A stretch of DNA of 64,000 nucleotides, taken from positions 32,001 through 96,000 of the forward strand of contig CAWGSK010000007.1 in NCBI GenBank assembly GCA_963825055.1, read 5' to 3'. Each line of letters starts with the position of its first letter. Position 1 is the first letter of the stretch. The notes beneath the pieces are model-generated. The model searched no databases. It saw nothing but the letters and a program-made list of their open reading frames with translations, and was not told where the DNA came from. The stretch is from an uncultured Gemmatimonadales bacterium (GTDB taxonomy: Bacteria > Gemmatimonadota > Gemmatimonadetes > Gemmatimonadales > GWC2-71-9). The position numbers and the translations under genes were made by a program. Below are positions 46,278-54,936 of the stretch, piece after piece.

Positions 46278-47174
46278 GGGGTGCCGGTGCGGGAAGGGCA
46301 GACGTTCGAGGGTCGCGCGTTGCTCGTGCGGTACGCAAATTTCGTCAAGCTGCCCCACACGCTCTTCGCACTCCCCTTCGCGCTGCTCGGCGTCCTGGCG
46401 GCCAGCCGGGTAGCCCCGGTGACGGTCCGGATTGTGGCCCTTGTGGTCGTTGCGTTCAGCGCGGCGCGCTGGGTCGCGATGGGTTTCAACCGGATCGCCG
46501 ACCGGGACTTCGACGCGCGGAACCCCCGGACCCGGGGAAGGGAACTTCCCACCGGCGCGCTGACGCTCCGTCAGGCCTGGGTGTCGGTGGCTCTGGCCGG
46601 TGCGCTCTTCGTGGCGGCGTCCGCCCTGCTCAACCCGCTCTGCCTTGCGCTGTCGCCCGTGGCCCTCGCCTGGATCACGCTCTATTCCCTGAGCAAGCGC
46701 TTCACCTGGTGGCCCCACCTGTGGCTGGGGTTCAGCCTGGCCATCGCGCCGGTGGGCGGCTGGCTCGCCGTGACGGGCCGGTGGAGCCACCCGTGGTGGC
46801 TGCTGCTCGTGATCACCCTGGCCGTCGCGACCTGGGTGGCCGGCTTCGACGTGTTCTACGCGCTTCCCGACGCGCGCTTCGACCGCGAGGCCGGGCTCCG
46901 GAGTGCCGTCGTCCGGCTCGGCGAGCATAAGGCCATCCTGCTGGCGAAGCTGCTCCACGGCGTGACGATCGTCTCCCTGGCCCTTTTCGGGTGGGTCGCC
47001 GGGTTCGGCACCTGGTACGCCGCCGGCGTGGTGGCGGCCGCCCTGATCCTCGCCTGGGAGCACCGGCTGGTTCGCCCCGGCGACCTCTCTCGCCTCGACT
47101 CGGCCTTCTTCACGATGAACGGCGTGATGTCGATGACGGTGTTTGTGTTTGCCCTGGTGGACAGGGTGGTGTGA
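46257..47174 (+). CDS. UbiA-like polyprenyltransferase (MqnP-like)
   Basis: VKLPHTLFALPFA, FNRIADRDFDARNPRT..RELP, YSLSKRF, GFDVFYA. Alternative start GTG 46272. Confidence 0.9.
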   Translation: MNGEPVSGVPVREGQTFEGRALLVRYANFVKLPHTLFALPFALLGVLAASRVAPVTVRIVALVVVAFSAARWVAMGFNRIADRDFDARNPRTRGRELPTGALTLRQAWVSVALAGALFVAASALLNPLCLALSPVALAWITLYSLSKRFTWWPHLWLGFSLAIAPVGGWLAVTGRWSHPWWLLLVITLAVATWVAGFDVFYALPDARFDREAGLRSAVVRLGEHKAILLAKLLHGVTIVSLALFGWVAGFGTWYAAGVVAAALILAWEHRLVRPGDLSRLDSAFFTMNGVMSMTVFVFALVDRVV

Positions 47175-47179
47175 TCCGC

Positions 47180-47314
47180 GTTAAGTCGTTGAATCGTTAA
47201 GTAGTTGAGTAGTTGCAACAGCGGCCTGTCAGTGCTCGGCGCCGTCACGCCTTCATTACCTTTCACGACTCAACCACTCAACCACTCAACCACTCAACCA
47301 CTCAACCACTCAAC
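47180..47314. repeat. Inverted pair of octamer arrays: (GTTRARTM)x4 and (SACTCAAC)x6
   Basis: Degenerate left arm 47180-47211; right arm 47267-47314 is its reverse complement family. Confidence 0.9.
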
Positions 47315-47326
47315 CACTTGATCAAC

Positions 47327-47911
47327 ATGCCCTCCTCCCTCCCCGTCGTCCTCGCCATCACCGGAGCCTCCGGCGCTCCGTACGGGGTGCGTCTGCTGGA
47401 GGTGCTGGCCGGGGCCCGGGTACCGGTCTGGCTGATCGTCTCCCGGCACGGGTGGCGGCTGCTTCAGCAGGAGAGCGACATCCGGGATGAGGCGGCACTC
47501 CGGGAGCGGACGGGGGACTGGTCCTCGGTGACGCTGCTGCCCGATGATGACCGAGGCGCGGTGGCCGCGTCCGGGTCACGCCGGACGGCGGGCATGGTGA
47601 TCTGTCCCTGCTCGATGGGCACGGTCTCCGCCATTGCGCAGGGGAGCAGCAGGTCGCTGGTGGAACGGGCCGCTGATGTGACGCTCAAGGAGCGCCGCCG
47701 CCTGATTCTGGTCCCGCGAGAGACGCCTCTCTCGCTGGTGCACCTGCGCAATCTCGTGTCTGTCACGGAGGCTGGCGCGACCGTCATTCCCGCCGCGCCG
47801 GGCTTCTATCACCGACCGTCGGGGATCGACGACCTGGTGGACTTCATCGTCCAGCGGATCCTGGACCAGCTCGGCCTCGAGATCGACATCGCTCCGCGCT
47901 GGCAGGGCTGA
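47327..47911 (+). CDS. ubiX: Flavin prenyltransferase UbiX
   Basis: AITGASGA, ASGS, PCSMGT, RAADVTLKERR, PRETP, PGFY. Confidence 0.93.
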   Translation: MPSSLPVVLAITGASGAPYGVRLLEVLAGARVPVWLIVSRHGWRLLQQESDIRDEAALRERTGDWSSVTLLPDDDRGAVAASGSRRTAGMVICPCSMGTVSAIAQGSSRSLVERAADVTLKERRRLILVPRETPLSLVHLRNLVSVTEAGATVIPAAPGFYHRPSGIDDLVDFIVQRILDQLGLEIDIAPRWQG

Positions 47912-48387
47912 TGCGCCTCGGCATCATCTCCGATACCCACGGCCTGCTGCGCCCCGAGGTGTTCGAGCAATTCGCCGAAGTGGACCGGATCCTCCATGCG
48001 GGGGATATCGGCCCTCCGGACCTGCTGGAGGAACTGGCGGCGATAGCGCCGGTCACCGCCGTCTGGGGGAACACGGATGGCTGGGATATCCGGGCTGCAG
48101 TGCCGGAAACGGTGGAGGAGGAGATCGAGGGGCTCGCCTTCGTGATCACCCACGGCCACCAGTTCGGCTCGCCCACGCCGGAAAACCTGCATCAGGCCTT
48201 CCCCGATGCCGACGTCCTGATCTTCGGCCACACCCACCGGCCGCTGCTGGCCACGGTGGACGTGGTCCGGACGGCCATGAACCCGGGCGGCGCGGGCCAC
48301 CCGCGGTTCGGGATCCCGCCCTCGGTGGGGATCATGGAACTCGAGGCCGGCCTTCCCCCACGCGCCCGCCTCATCCCCCTTCTGTAG
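47911..48387 (+). CDS. Metallophosphoesterase (YfcE-like)
   Basis: ISDTH, HAGD, GNTD, HGH, GHTH, NPG. Confidence 0.9.
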   Translation: MRLGIISDTHGLLRPEVFEQFAEVDRILHAGDIGPPDLLEELAAIAPVTAVWGNTDGWDIRAAVPETVEEEIEGLAFVITHGHQFGSPTPENLHQAFPDADVLIFGHTHRPLLATVDVVRTAMNPGGAGHPRFGIPPSVGIMELEAGLPPRARLIPLL

Positions 48388-48388
48388 C

Positions 48389-48428
48389 AATTCAACCATT
48401 CAGCCACTCAACGACTCAACCACTCACC
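48389..48428. repeat. Degenerate octamer array (CACTCAAC-like)x5
   Basis: AATTCAAC CATTCAGC CACTCAAC GACTCAAC CACTCACC between convergent stops. Confidence 0.8.
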
Positions 48429-48431
48429 GAT

Positions 48432-48866
48432 TTACGGCTTCTCATCATCCGTCGGCGGGTTCCGGCTCTCCGGGTTCATGCCAAGCCCACCGATTTTTCC
48501 TTCCGGCGTAATCACCCAGCGTATCACGATGGGCTCACCCTGGAACTTGCTGAACCACACCGTGCGCCAGTACTGCGGCTGTCCGTTCCGCATCCTGACG
48601 CGCTCGCTCACGACGGAGTCCTCGGTGCCGCCTCGCATCTGGATCTCCATCGAACGCTGGACGAACCAGTCAGGACTGCCCAGCTCCTTCTGCCATCCGC
48701 TGTCCACCATGGCCCAGAGGCTGTCCACCCGGCCGGAGTAGAGGTACATGGTCGCTTCCCGGCCCACGGCGATGGTGTCGAAGGGAGCGGGGGCGCTCTG
48801 CTGGGCCAGCAGGGGACTGGCCATGCCCGCCAGAAGGGAAGCGGTGAGAAGGATGGTCGGTTTCAT
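48432..48866 (-). CDS. Hypothetical secreted protein (paralog A)
   Basis: GGAG RBS and signal peptide. Shares GRVDSLWAM, WQKELGSP, GQPQYWRT and GKIGGLG with the next gene. Confidence 0.8.
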   Translation of the reverse strand: MKPTILLTASLLAGMASPLLAQQSAPAPFDTIAVGREATMYLYSGRVDSLWAMVDSGWQKELGSPDWFVQRSMEIQMRGGTEDSVVSERVRMRNGQPQYWRTVWFSKFQGEPIVIRWVITPEGKIGGLGMNPESRNPPTDDEKP

Positions 48867-48948
48867 GTGTGCTCCAGTGGAAAGGCGTGGGGGCATTGGG
48901 CGTACGGCCCACTGCCTCCACGCTGTTCGTGATCTGCGAGGGTGGTGC

Positions 48949-49401
48949 TCAGTTGCCCATGGCCAGAATCTGGTCGTCCGACAGGGGATTCCGGCTTGCC
49001 GGATTCACCCCCAGGCCCCCGATCTTTCCGTCGGGCATGATCATCCAGCGGAGGACCACCGGCTCGGCGGCATAGCCGCTGAACTTCGCCGTGCGCCAGT
49101 ACTGGGGCTGACCCTCGCGCATGATGACCTCGTCCTGGACCAGCTTCTTCTCCTCGCCCGCCCGGTCCCTGAGTTCCCGGGCGTGCTCGACGAACCATGC
49201 CGGGCTGCCGAGCTCCTTCTGCCACGATGGGGAGATCATGGCCCAGAGACTGTCAACGCGGCCCCGGTAGAAGTACCGGGTGGCCTGGCGCCCGATGGCG
49301 ACCGCGTCAACGGTCGGGAGCACGGCCTGCTGGGCAGGCGCGGGGGTGGGGGCGACGGAGGCCGTGGCGAGGACGGTGGCCAGAAGGACTGTCGGTTTCA
49401 T
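48949..49401 (-). CDS. Hypothetical secreted protein (paralog B)
   Basis: GGAG RBS, signal peptide, clear paralog of 48432-48866. Confidence 0.8.
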   Translation of the reverse strand: MKPTVLLATVLATASVAPTPAPAQQAVLPTVDAVAIGRQATRYFYRGRVDSLWAMISPSWQKELGSPAWFVEHARELRDRAGEEKKLVQDEVIMREGQPQYWRTAKFSGYAAEPVVLRWMIMPDGKIGGLGVNPASRNPLSDDQILAMGN

Positions 49402-49440
49402 ATCGGCTCCAGCCGTAAAGGGTTGATTGCTCAGCCCTCC

Positions 49441-49467
49441 TACGGCCGGTCGTTTCACGGAGTTTCA
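49441..49467 (-). promoter_or_regulatory. ECF (SigW-like) promoter upstream of paralog B
   Basis: TGAAAC-N17-CGTA, with the same boxes and spacing as 43306-43332. Confidence 0.6.
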
Positions 49468-49483
49468 ACCTGAAACTTCAGAT

Positions 49484-51667
49484 TCAGCCTGAAACCTGAA
49501 ACGGGGTTGCCCGGGTGGCCTCGGCGCTTCCGGCGCGGACGGTCACCACGAGCCACCAGTCTCCCTTCCCCGCGCCCTCCAGGCGGAGGCTGCGGGAGAC
49601 GCGCACCGTGCCCTCCGCTGGGTTCTCGCGGAAGCTGAGGCTCATGGCGGCCTTTCCGGGGTGCCGGGGGTCGAAGGGCTTCCCCTCCCGCCTCCGGACC
49701 ACCATCACGCGGGTCTCCCAGGCCTTTCCGTCAGGGAGGCCATAAACCTCGTAATAGAGCCGGGTGATTTCCCCCGGCCGGTAGGCGCGGAATGGGTCGA
49801 AGACCACCGTATCAGCAGGGCTGGCGAACCAGGCCGGGCCGGCATCCGACCGGCCCAGCACCAGGTCGCTGAGCTCGAGCCGACGGCCGTCGAAGGCGGC
49901 TGCCTCCACCTGCCCGGTCGGCAGGAGAGTGCCGGTGGAATCACCACGCTCCAGCGCCGCATGGTACCGCCAGGTGCCCGGCGGGAGCGCCACGGCGGCG
50001 TGGGCCAGCAGGAACCCGCCTTCCCGGGCTCCCTCAGGGATGTCGAGGAGAAGCGGCTGTTCCACGTGGTGGAATGTGGTGGCGGCGCTGTCGAAGAAGG
50101 TCACTTTGAGGCGCAGCACGACGGTGGACGGAGCCGCCGCAGAGTCGGCGGCGGTCACCGGCAGCCCCAGCACGAGGTGGACCAGGCTCCCATCGCGCGT
50201 CCGCCCGACGTTCAGGGTGGAAGCGATGACGTCGAGGGGCCGGGCGTAGCGGAGCAGGTGATCGTCGGTTTCGGTGCCGAGCACGATGCTCGTCATGCCG
50301 ATCTCGCGTTCCCGGCGGCGCACCCGGGCTGCACCCTCCGGTCCCCAGGCCATCATCTTCGTGTAGAGGTCGGAGAGCGGCTCCCGTGACTGGAGCAGCA
50401 TGTCCATCGGCAGGAACCGCGCGTCGCCCCGCAGGTCGTAGATGCTGGGTACGAGCCGGTAGTCGGCGATGTCGCCGCCCTCGGTGCCCTTGCCCCCGGC
50501 GCTGAAATGCAGAAGGAAGTCGCCATCGGGCCGGTGATACACCCAGGACTCATTCGGCATCATCCCCATCATGGGGCCGCCGACCTTCTCGTCAGGCGGA
50601 CCGTGGCGGACATACATGATGCCGCGGTCGTCCAGCCCCTGGCTGCCCGACCGGTACGGATCGACCCGGCTGTAGCGCCGCCGGTTGGTGAGCAGCGGAT
50701 AGTGCGACCGTGCCCACGCCAGGCGCGCATAGTGTTCGCGCAGTCGCTCGTGGTCTCCACGGAGGTCCAGCCGGTCCCGCCGCGCCCAGAACTGGCGCAG
50801 GAACGCCACCCGTGCCATCCCCTTGGCCCCGTCGAAGGCCGCCAGTTCGCCGCTGTCCGCGATGAACGCCAGGTCCCGGCGATAGGCGGCGACCACGGCC
50901 GAGTCATCGGATGCCGCTCCGGCGTAATAGTGCCGGGCGCCCTCGAGCCTGCCCTGGACGAACAGCGCCCGCGCGAGGTCGAGTTCCGCCAGCCCGTCCC
51001 CGGCCCCGCCTTGCACCAGCCGGCGCCCGGCCACGGAGACCGCGCTGTCCGGATCGCCCACCAGTCGCTCCAGTCGGGCCCGGGCGGCGAGGACGTTTGC
51101 CGGGACATCGTCCCCCGCCGCGCGCAGGCGCTCCAGCGTTCCCCGTTCCACGGCCGTGTCGCCGATCTCGGCGCTGACCTGGCTCAGGCCGGCAAGGGCC
51201 GGCAGGAAGTGCGGATCGCGATCCAGTGCCTCCTCGAAGGCCTCCACCGCGTCCCGCCGGGCCCCGTCGCCTACCCGGAGGCCGATATTGAGCGGTTCGG
51301 CCGCCTGCCAGTCGGCCTGGCCCGCGCTGGCCAGGCCATGGCCGTACCATGGAAACGGCCAGGTGAGCATCCCCCGCGCCCGGTCAAACGCCCGCCCCGC
51401 CCGGCCGAATTCCCAGCCATCGGCCAGTTCAGCGAGCCGGAGGCGCACGATTCCTTCCTGAATCGCGACCACCGGATCGGGGGAGCCGCTGTCCCATGCC
51501 TCGTGCAGCGAATCCCTGAGCTGTTCAAGGGGACGGACGGCCTGGACGCCCGCCAGCGAATCCAGCAGACCGAGCAACTGCGACCGGGTAGCCGGAGACT
51601 GCCCCGGGAGCCGGACCGGCAGGAGCGGGGCAAGGGCGAGCAGGAGGAGGGGAAGTCGTGGTTTCAT
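49484..51667 (-). CDS. GWxTD domain-containing secreted protein
   Basis: Signal peptide, TPR-like helices, FWARRD, EHYARLAWA, DDRGIMYVRHGPPD, NESWVY, LSDLVLG. Confidence 0.8.
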   Translation of the reverse strand: MKPRLPLLLLALAPLLPVRLPGQSPATRSQLLGLLDSLAGVQAVRPLEQLRDSLHEAWDSGSPDPVVAIQEGIVRLRLAELADGWEFGRAGRAFDRARGMLTWPFPWYGHGLASAGQADWQAAEPLNIGLRVGDGARRDAVEAFEEALDRDPHFLPALAGLSQVSAEIGDTAVERGTLERLRAAGDDVPANVLAARARLERLVGDPDSAVSVAGRRLVQGGAGDGLAELDLARALFVQGRLEGARHYYAGAASDDSAVVAAYRRDLAFIADSGELAAFDGAKGMARVAFLRQFWARRDRLDLRGDHERLREHYARLAWARSHYPLLTNRRRYSRVDPYRSGSQGLDDRGIMYVRHGPPDEKVGGPMMGMMPNESWVYHRPDGDFLLHFSAGGKGTEGGDIADYRLVPSIYDLRGDARFLPMDMLLQSREPLSDLYTKMMAWGPEGAARVRRREREIGMTSIVLGTETDDHLLRYARPLDVIASTLNVGRTRDGSLVHLVLGLPVTAADSAAAPSTVVLRLKVTFFDSAATTFHHVEQPLLLDIPEGAREGGFLLAHAAVALPPGTWRYHAALERGDSTGTLLPTGQVEAAAFDGRRLELSDLVLGRSDAGPAWFASPADTVVFDPFRAYRPGEITRLYYEVYGLPDGKAWETRVMVVRRREGKPFDPRHPGKAAMSLSFRENPAEGTVRVSRSLRLEGAGKGDWWLVVTVRAGSAEATRATPFQVSG

Positions 51668-51700
51668 GGCAATGACCCTTGGTCTTCCCAGTATAGCAGA

Positions 51701-51741
51701 CGGCGGGGGGTGGGGCGATACCGCCGCCCCACCCCCCGCCG
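51701..51741 (-). terminator. Perfect 17-bp hairpin downstream of the TonB receptor
   Basis: CGGCGGGGGGTGGGGCG / CGCCCCACCCCCCGCCG with a 7-nt loop; no U tract. Confidence 0.6.
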
Positions 51742-51762
51742 GTGACCCGCTCTGGGCCGGGT

Positions 51763-54700
51763 CTAGAACAGGTAGCGCATGCCGACCTGGGCCTGCCGGG
51801 GCTCGCCGAGGCCGCTGCGGAACGTGCCGTCGAAGTTGAGGAAGAAGCCCGTCGCGGACGGATCCTTGAAGTTGTTGGTATTCGTCACGTTGAACACTTC
51901 CACGATGGCTTCCAGCATGCCGCCGCCCACCGGGAACGGCTTGCTGATGCGAACGTCCCACTGGAAGAACTGGTTGTCCTTGCGGATCGTGTTCCGCTTC
52001 AGGATGCTTCCGTCCGGGCAGATCCGGTCCTGCGGGCTGGTCGCCCGCTCACCGGTACCCTGGTTGTTGGCGCCGCACTTCTCGGAAGTCGGCTGCGCAG
52101 ACTGGAAGCTCACGCGGTTGTTGAGGTAAATGTCGCCGGGCACCCGGGCGAGCAGCCAGGCGTTCACCCGATGACGCTGGTCGCGGTCGCTCCAGTTGTA
52201 TTCGGGCGCCAGGTTGTCGGCCTGGGCGTACCGGAAGCTGAAGGGATCGCGTTCGTTGTCATCGTCCGCCTTGTCGAACGAGAGCGTGTAGTTGGCCTGG
52301 AACTGCAGGTTGGGATTCCGGACCCGCTTGAGCGACACGGTGAATCCGTTGTAGCGGGACCTGGCACTGCTCTCCACCACGGTCAGCGTCCCAATGCCGT
52401 TTCCTCCAGAGAGGCCGGTCGCCCACGGGCTGCCAAACACCGGATCGTTCCGGTTGATGAACCGGGTCAGGTTGTCGGTGGCCGCGTGGGTGTAGGTGAG
52501 GGTGGCGGCCATGTCGCCCCCGAGGGCCTGCTCGAAGCTGAACGACGTGCTGAAGGTACGGGGGTTCTGGAAGTCCTTGTCCATGACGAAGACCCCCGGC
52601 TGGAACGGGACGCCCGCGGGAGCAGGGAGCAGCTCGCCATAGTTCGGCGGTGGGCCCAGGATCCCCGTCAGCTCGCTGTTGCGGAAGATCGACTGGCCGA
52701 TGGAACCGTTGGTGCTCCGGATGCTCGCGAGGTTCAGGCCGGGAATCCTGGCGTAGTACAGGCCGGCGGAGGCCCGCACCACCTGGCGGGCATCGTCATT
52801 GATGTCCCAGGCGATGCCGAGCCGCGGCTGCCACATGCCCTTGTCTGACTTGAGGGTGCCGTCGGACGGGAAGGTGTAGGTGCCCGTGGCGTTCGTGACG
52901 GTCTGGCCGATGAACGGGGCAAAGAACACCTGGTCGGGCGGGGTGAGCGGGTCGGGCAGGATCTGGGCTTCCCAACGAAGGCCGTAGTCGACGGTCAGGT
53001 TGGACCGCGGCTTCCAGGAATCCTGGATGTAGCCGGCGAGTTCATGGATCGGAATCGCCTGCGTGCCGGACTCTTCCAGCGACAGTCCGTTCACGCCCGC
53101 CTGCTGCAGGTACAGCACAACAGGGCCCGTGATGCTCGCCAGGGGATCGAGGCAGGCGCCGGTCGTGCTCGTGGTACCATCGGAGCATTCCACATACCCG
53201 TTCCCGAACTCGACGTAGTTCAGGAAACCGTTCACCGAACTGAACGCCATCCGGCCGTTGCCGAACCCTATGAAGGTCTGGTTTTCCTCGGTCCGGTTCC
53301 ACTCGGCCCCGGCCTTGAAGAAGTGGTTGCCCTTCACGAAGGAAATGTTGTCCAGGATCTGGATGCGGGTGTCATACGACTTCACCGGCAGGAAGAACGG
53401 CATGCCGAACCGGTACCCCGTGAAGGAGACGTCGGTGTCCGGGAAGGGGCGGCTGGTCGCCGGGTTGATCGCCCCGTCGTAGGGCCGCGGCCGGTTCTCC
53501 CGCGCGTACTGGAATCGGAACTCGTTCGACACCGCAGAGGAGAATATGGACGACAGGCTGCCGTTGACAGCGTGGGAATTGTCCTTCTCCACGCCGTTGG
53601 CACTCGCGCCCCAGAGGTCCACGTCGAAGGTCCCGTTCGCCTGCTCGGAGCGGGTGTAGTTGTACTTGAGCGAGGCCGTGTGCCTGGGGCTCAGGTTGAA
53701 GTCCAGCTTCGCCAGCAGCACGTTGGCGTTGTCGGTCCGCTTGATCGGGCCGAAGTCGCCCTGCAGCGCGCCGTTGAACGCCGTGTCCGTAAAGGCCACC
53801 AGGGCTGGATCGATCAGGCCGAGCCGGTCCTTCTGCTTGATGGATGAGGCTTCCTGCTGGTCGTAGGCGACGAAGAAGAACGCCTTGTCCCGCGCGATGG
53901 GTCCGCCCAGGGTGAACCCGAACTGGTGTTGCGAGTAATCGGGCTCAAATCCACTGAAAATCCCGCTGGACCCGTAGTTGGCCGACAGGGCGTCGTACTT
54001 CCCGAAGTAATGCGCCGAGCCGTGGAGCTCGTTGGTGCCCGACTTGGTGATCACGTTCACGAACCCGCCGCCGGAGCGCCCGAATTCCGCGTTGGCGCCC
54101 TGGCTCACCACTACAACCTCCTGGACGGCGTCCAGGTTGAAGGTGAAGGGGGGCCGCTGGCCGCCGCGCTGCTCGCCGAAGAACGGATTGTTGAAGTCGG
54201 CGCCGTCCACCGAGACGTTGTTGTGGATGCCGCGCTGCCCGCCGATGCTCAGTTCGTCCCCGTCAGGCCCCTGGACAATCGCCACGTTGGGGGTGAGCAA
54301 TGTCAGGTTCAGGAAATTCCGGCCATTGTTGGGCAGACCCTCCACCACCTGTTCGCCCAGCCGGGTGGCAGATTCGGTCCGTGAGGGATCTACCGCCGGT
54401 TCCTCAGCAGCGACCGTAACCTCCTCCAGCTGGACCACTTCCGGAGCCAGGCGGAAGTCCAGGCTCTGGGTCTCGCCCAGGCGCAGCTGGACGTTCTGCC
54501 GGCGGGAAGCCCGGTATCCCACGAATCGAGCCATCACGTTGTAGGTGCCGACGCGCAGCAGCGTGGCTACATAGGCTCCCTGGTCATTGGTGGTGATCGA
54601 CCGCATGGCGTTGGTCTCGAGGTTCCGAAGCTCGATCTCCGCGCCGGCCAGAGGGCGTCCGGTGCTGTCCATCACTGTGCCACGGATGACGCCGGTCGTC

Positions 54701-54795
54701 GCCTGGGCCTGGGCGGTCAGGCCGGTGGGAATGGCCAGCGCCAGGCAGGCGACCAGTGCCGGGAGGATTCGGGACCACCCATGCTCGGGGGACAT
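51763..54795 (-). CDS. TonB-dependent receptor with carboxypeptidase-regulatory-like N domain (Oar-like)
   Basis: Signal peptide, LPNNGRNF, VDGAD, AEFGRSGGG..NVITKSGTN, GFTLGGPI, PRLGIAWD, C-terminal RYLF. Confidence 0.92.
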   Translation of the reverse strand: MSPEHGWSRILPALVACLALAIPTGLTAQAQATTGVIRGTVMDSTGRPLAGAEIELRNLETNAMRSITTNDQGAYVATLLRVGTYNVMARFVGYRASRRQNVQLRLGETQSLDFRLAPEVVQLEEVTVAAEEPAVDPSRTESATRLGEQVVEGLPNNGRNFLNLTLLTPNVAIVQGPDGDELSIGGQRGIHNNVSVDGADFNNPFFGEQRGGQRPPFTFNLDAVQEVVVVSQGANAEFGRSGGGFVNVITKSGTNELHGSAHYFGKYDALSANYGSSGIFSGFEPDYSQHQFGFTLGGPIARDKAFFFVAYDQQEASSIKQKDRLGLIDPALVAFTDTAFNGALQGDFGPIKRTDNANVLLAKLDFNLSPRHTASLKYNYTRSEQANGTFDVDLWGASANGVEKDNSHAVNGSLSSIFSSAVSNEFRFQYARENRPRPYDGAINPATSRPFPDTDVSFTGYRFGMPFFLPVKSYDTRIQILDNISFVKGNHFFKAGAEWNRTEENQTFIGFGNGRMAFSSVNGFLNYVEFGNGYVECSDGTTSTTGACLDPLASITGPVVLYLQQAGVNGLSLEESGTQAIPIHELAGYIQDSWKPRSNLTVDYGLRWEAQILPDPLTPPDQVFFAPFIGQTVTNATGTYTFPSDGTLKSDKGMWQPRLGIAWDINDDARQVVRASAGLYYARIPGLNLASIRSTNGSIGQSIFRNSELTGILGPPPNYGELLPAPAGVPFQPGVFVMDKDFQNPRTFSTSFSFEQALGGDMAATLTYTHAATDNLTRFINRNDPVFGSPWATGLSGGNGIGTLTVVESSARSRYNGFTVSLKRVRNPNLQFQANYTLSFDKADDDNERDPFSFRYAQADNLAPEYNWSDRDQRHRVNAWLLARVPGDIYLNNRVSFQSAQPTSEKCGANNQGTGERATSPQDRICPDGSILKRNTIRKDNQFFQWDVRISKPFPVGGGMLEAIVEVFNVTNTNNFKDPSATGFFLNFDGTFRSGLGEPRQAQVGMRYLF

Positions 54796-54878
54796 CGCGG
54801 CTCCTAGTCTTGGGGGGCGCCCGGGACGCGGGCTCGGAGGAATCGGACCACGGTATGGGACGAGCGGGAGTTGCGCAA

Positions 54879-54921
54879 GGGAAGGGGGCGGCGACCGTTC
54901 CCGGCCGCCGCCCCCGTTCCC
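54879..54921 (-). terminator. Hairpin downstream of oxidase subunit I
   Basis: GGGGGCGGCG/CGCCGCCCCC stem flanked by GGGAA/TTCCC. Confidence 0.55.
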
Positions 54922-54936
54922 CGATCCGGGGAGGCC

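Noticed and set aside
46257..47911. Ubiquinone pathway call for ubiD/ubiA/ubiX
   Set aside because: The motifs (KLPHTLFALPF, ARNPRT..RE) fit the futalosine-pathway menaquinone homologs better. The ubi names are used only as family labels.
3154..48428. Tandem arrays as CRISPR repeats
   Set aside because: Units are 7-8 bp with no unique spacers, and there are no cas genes in the window.
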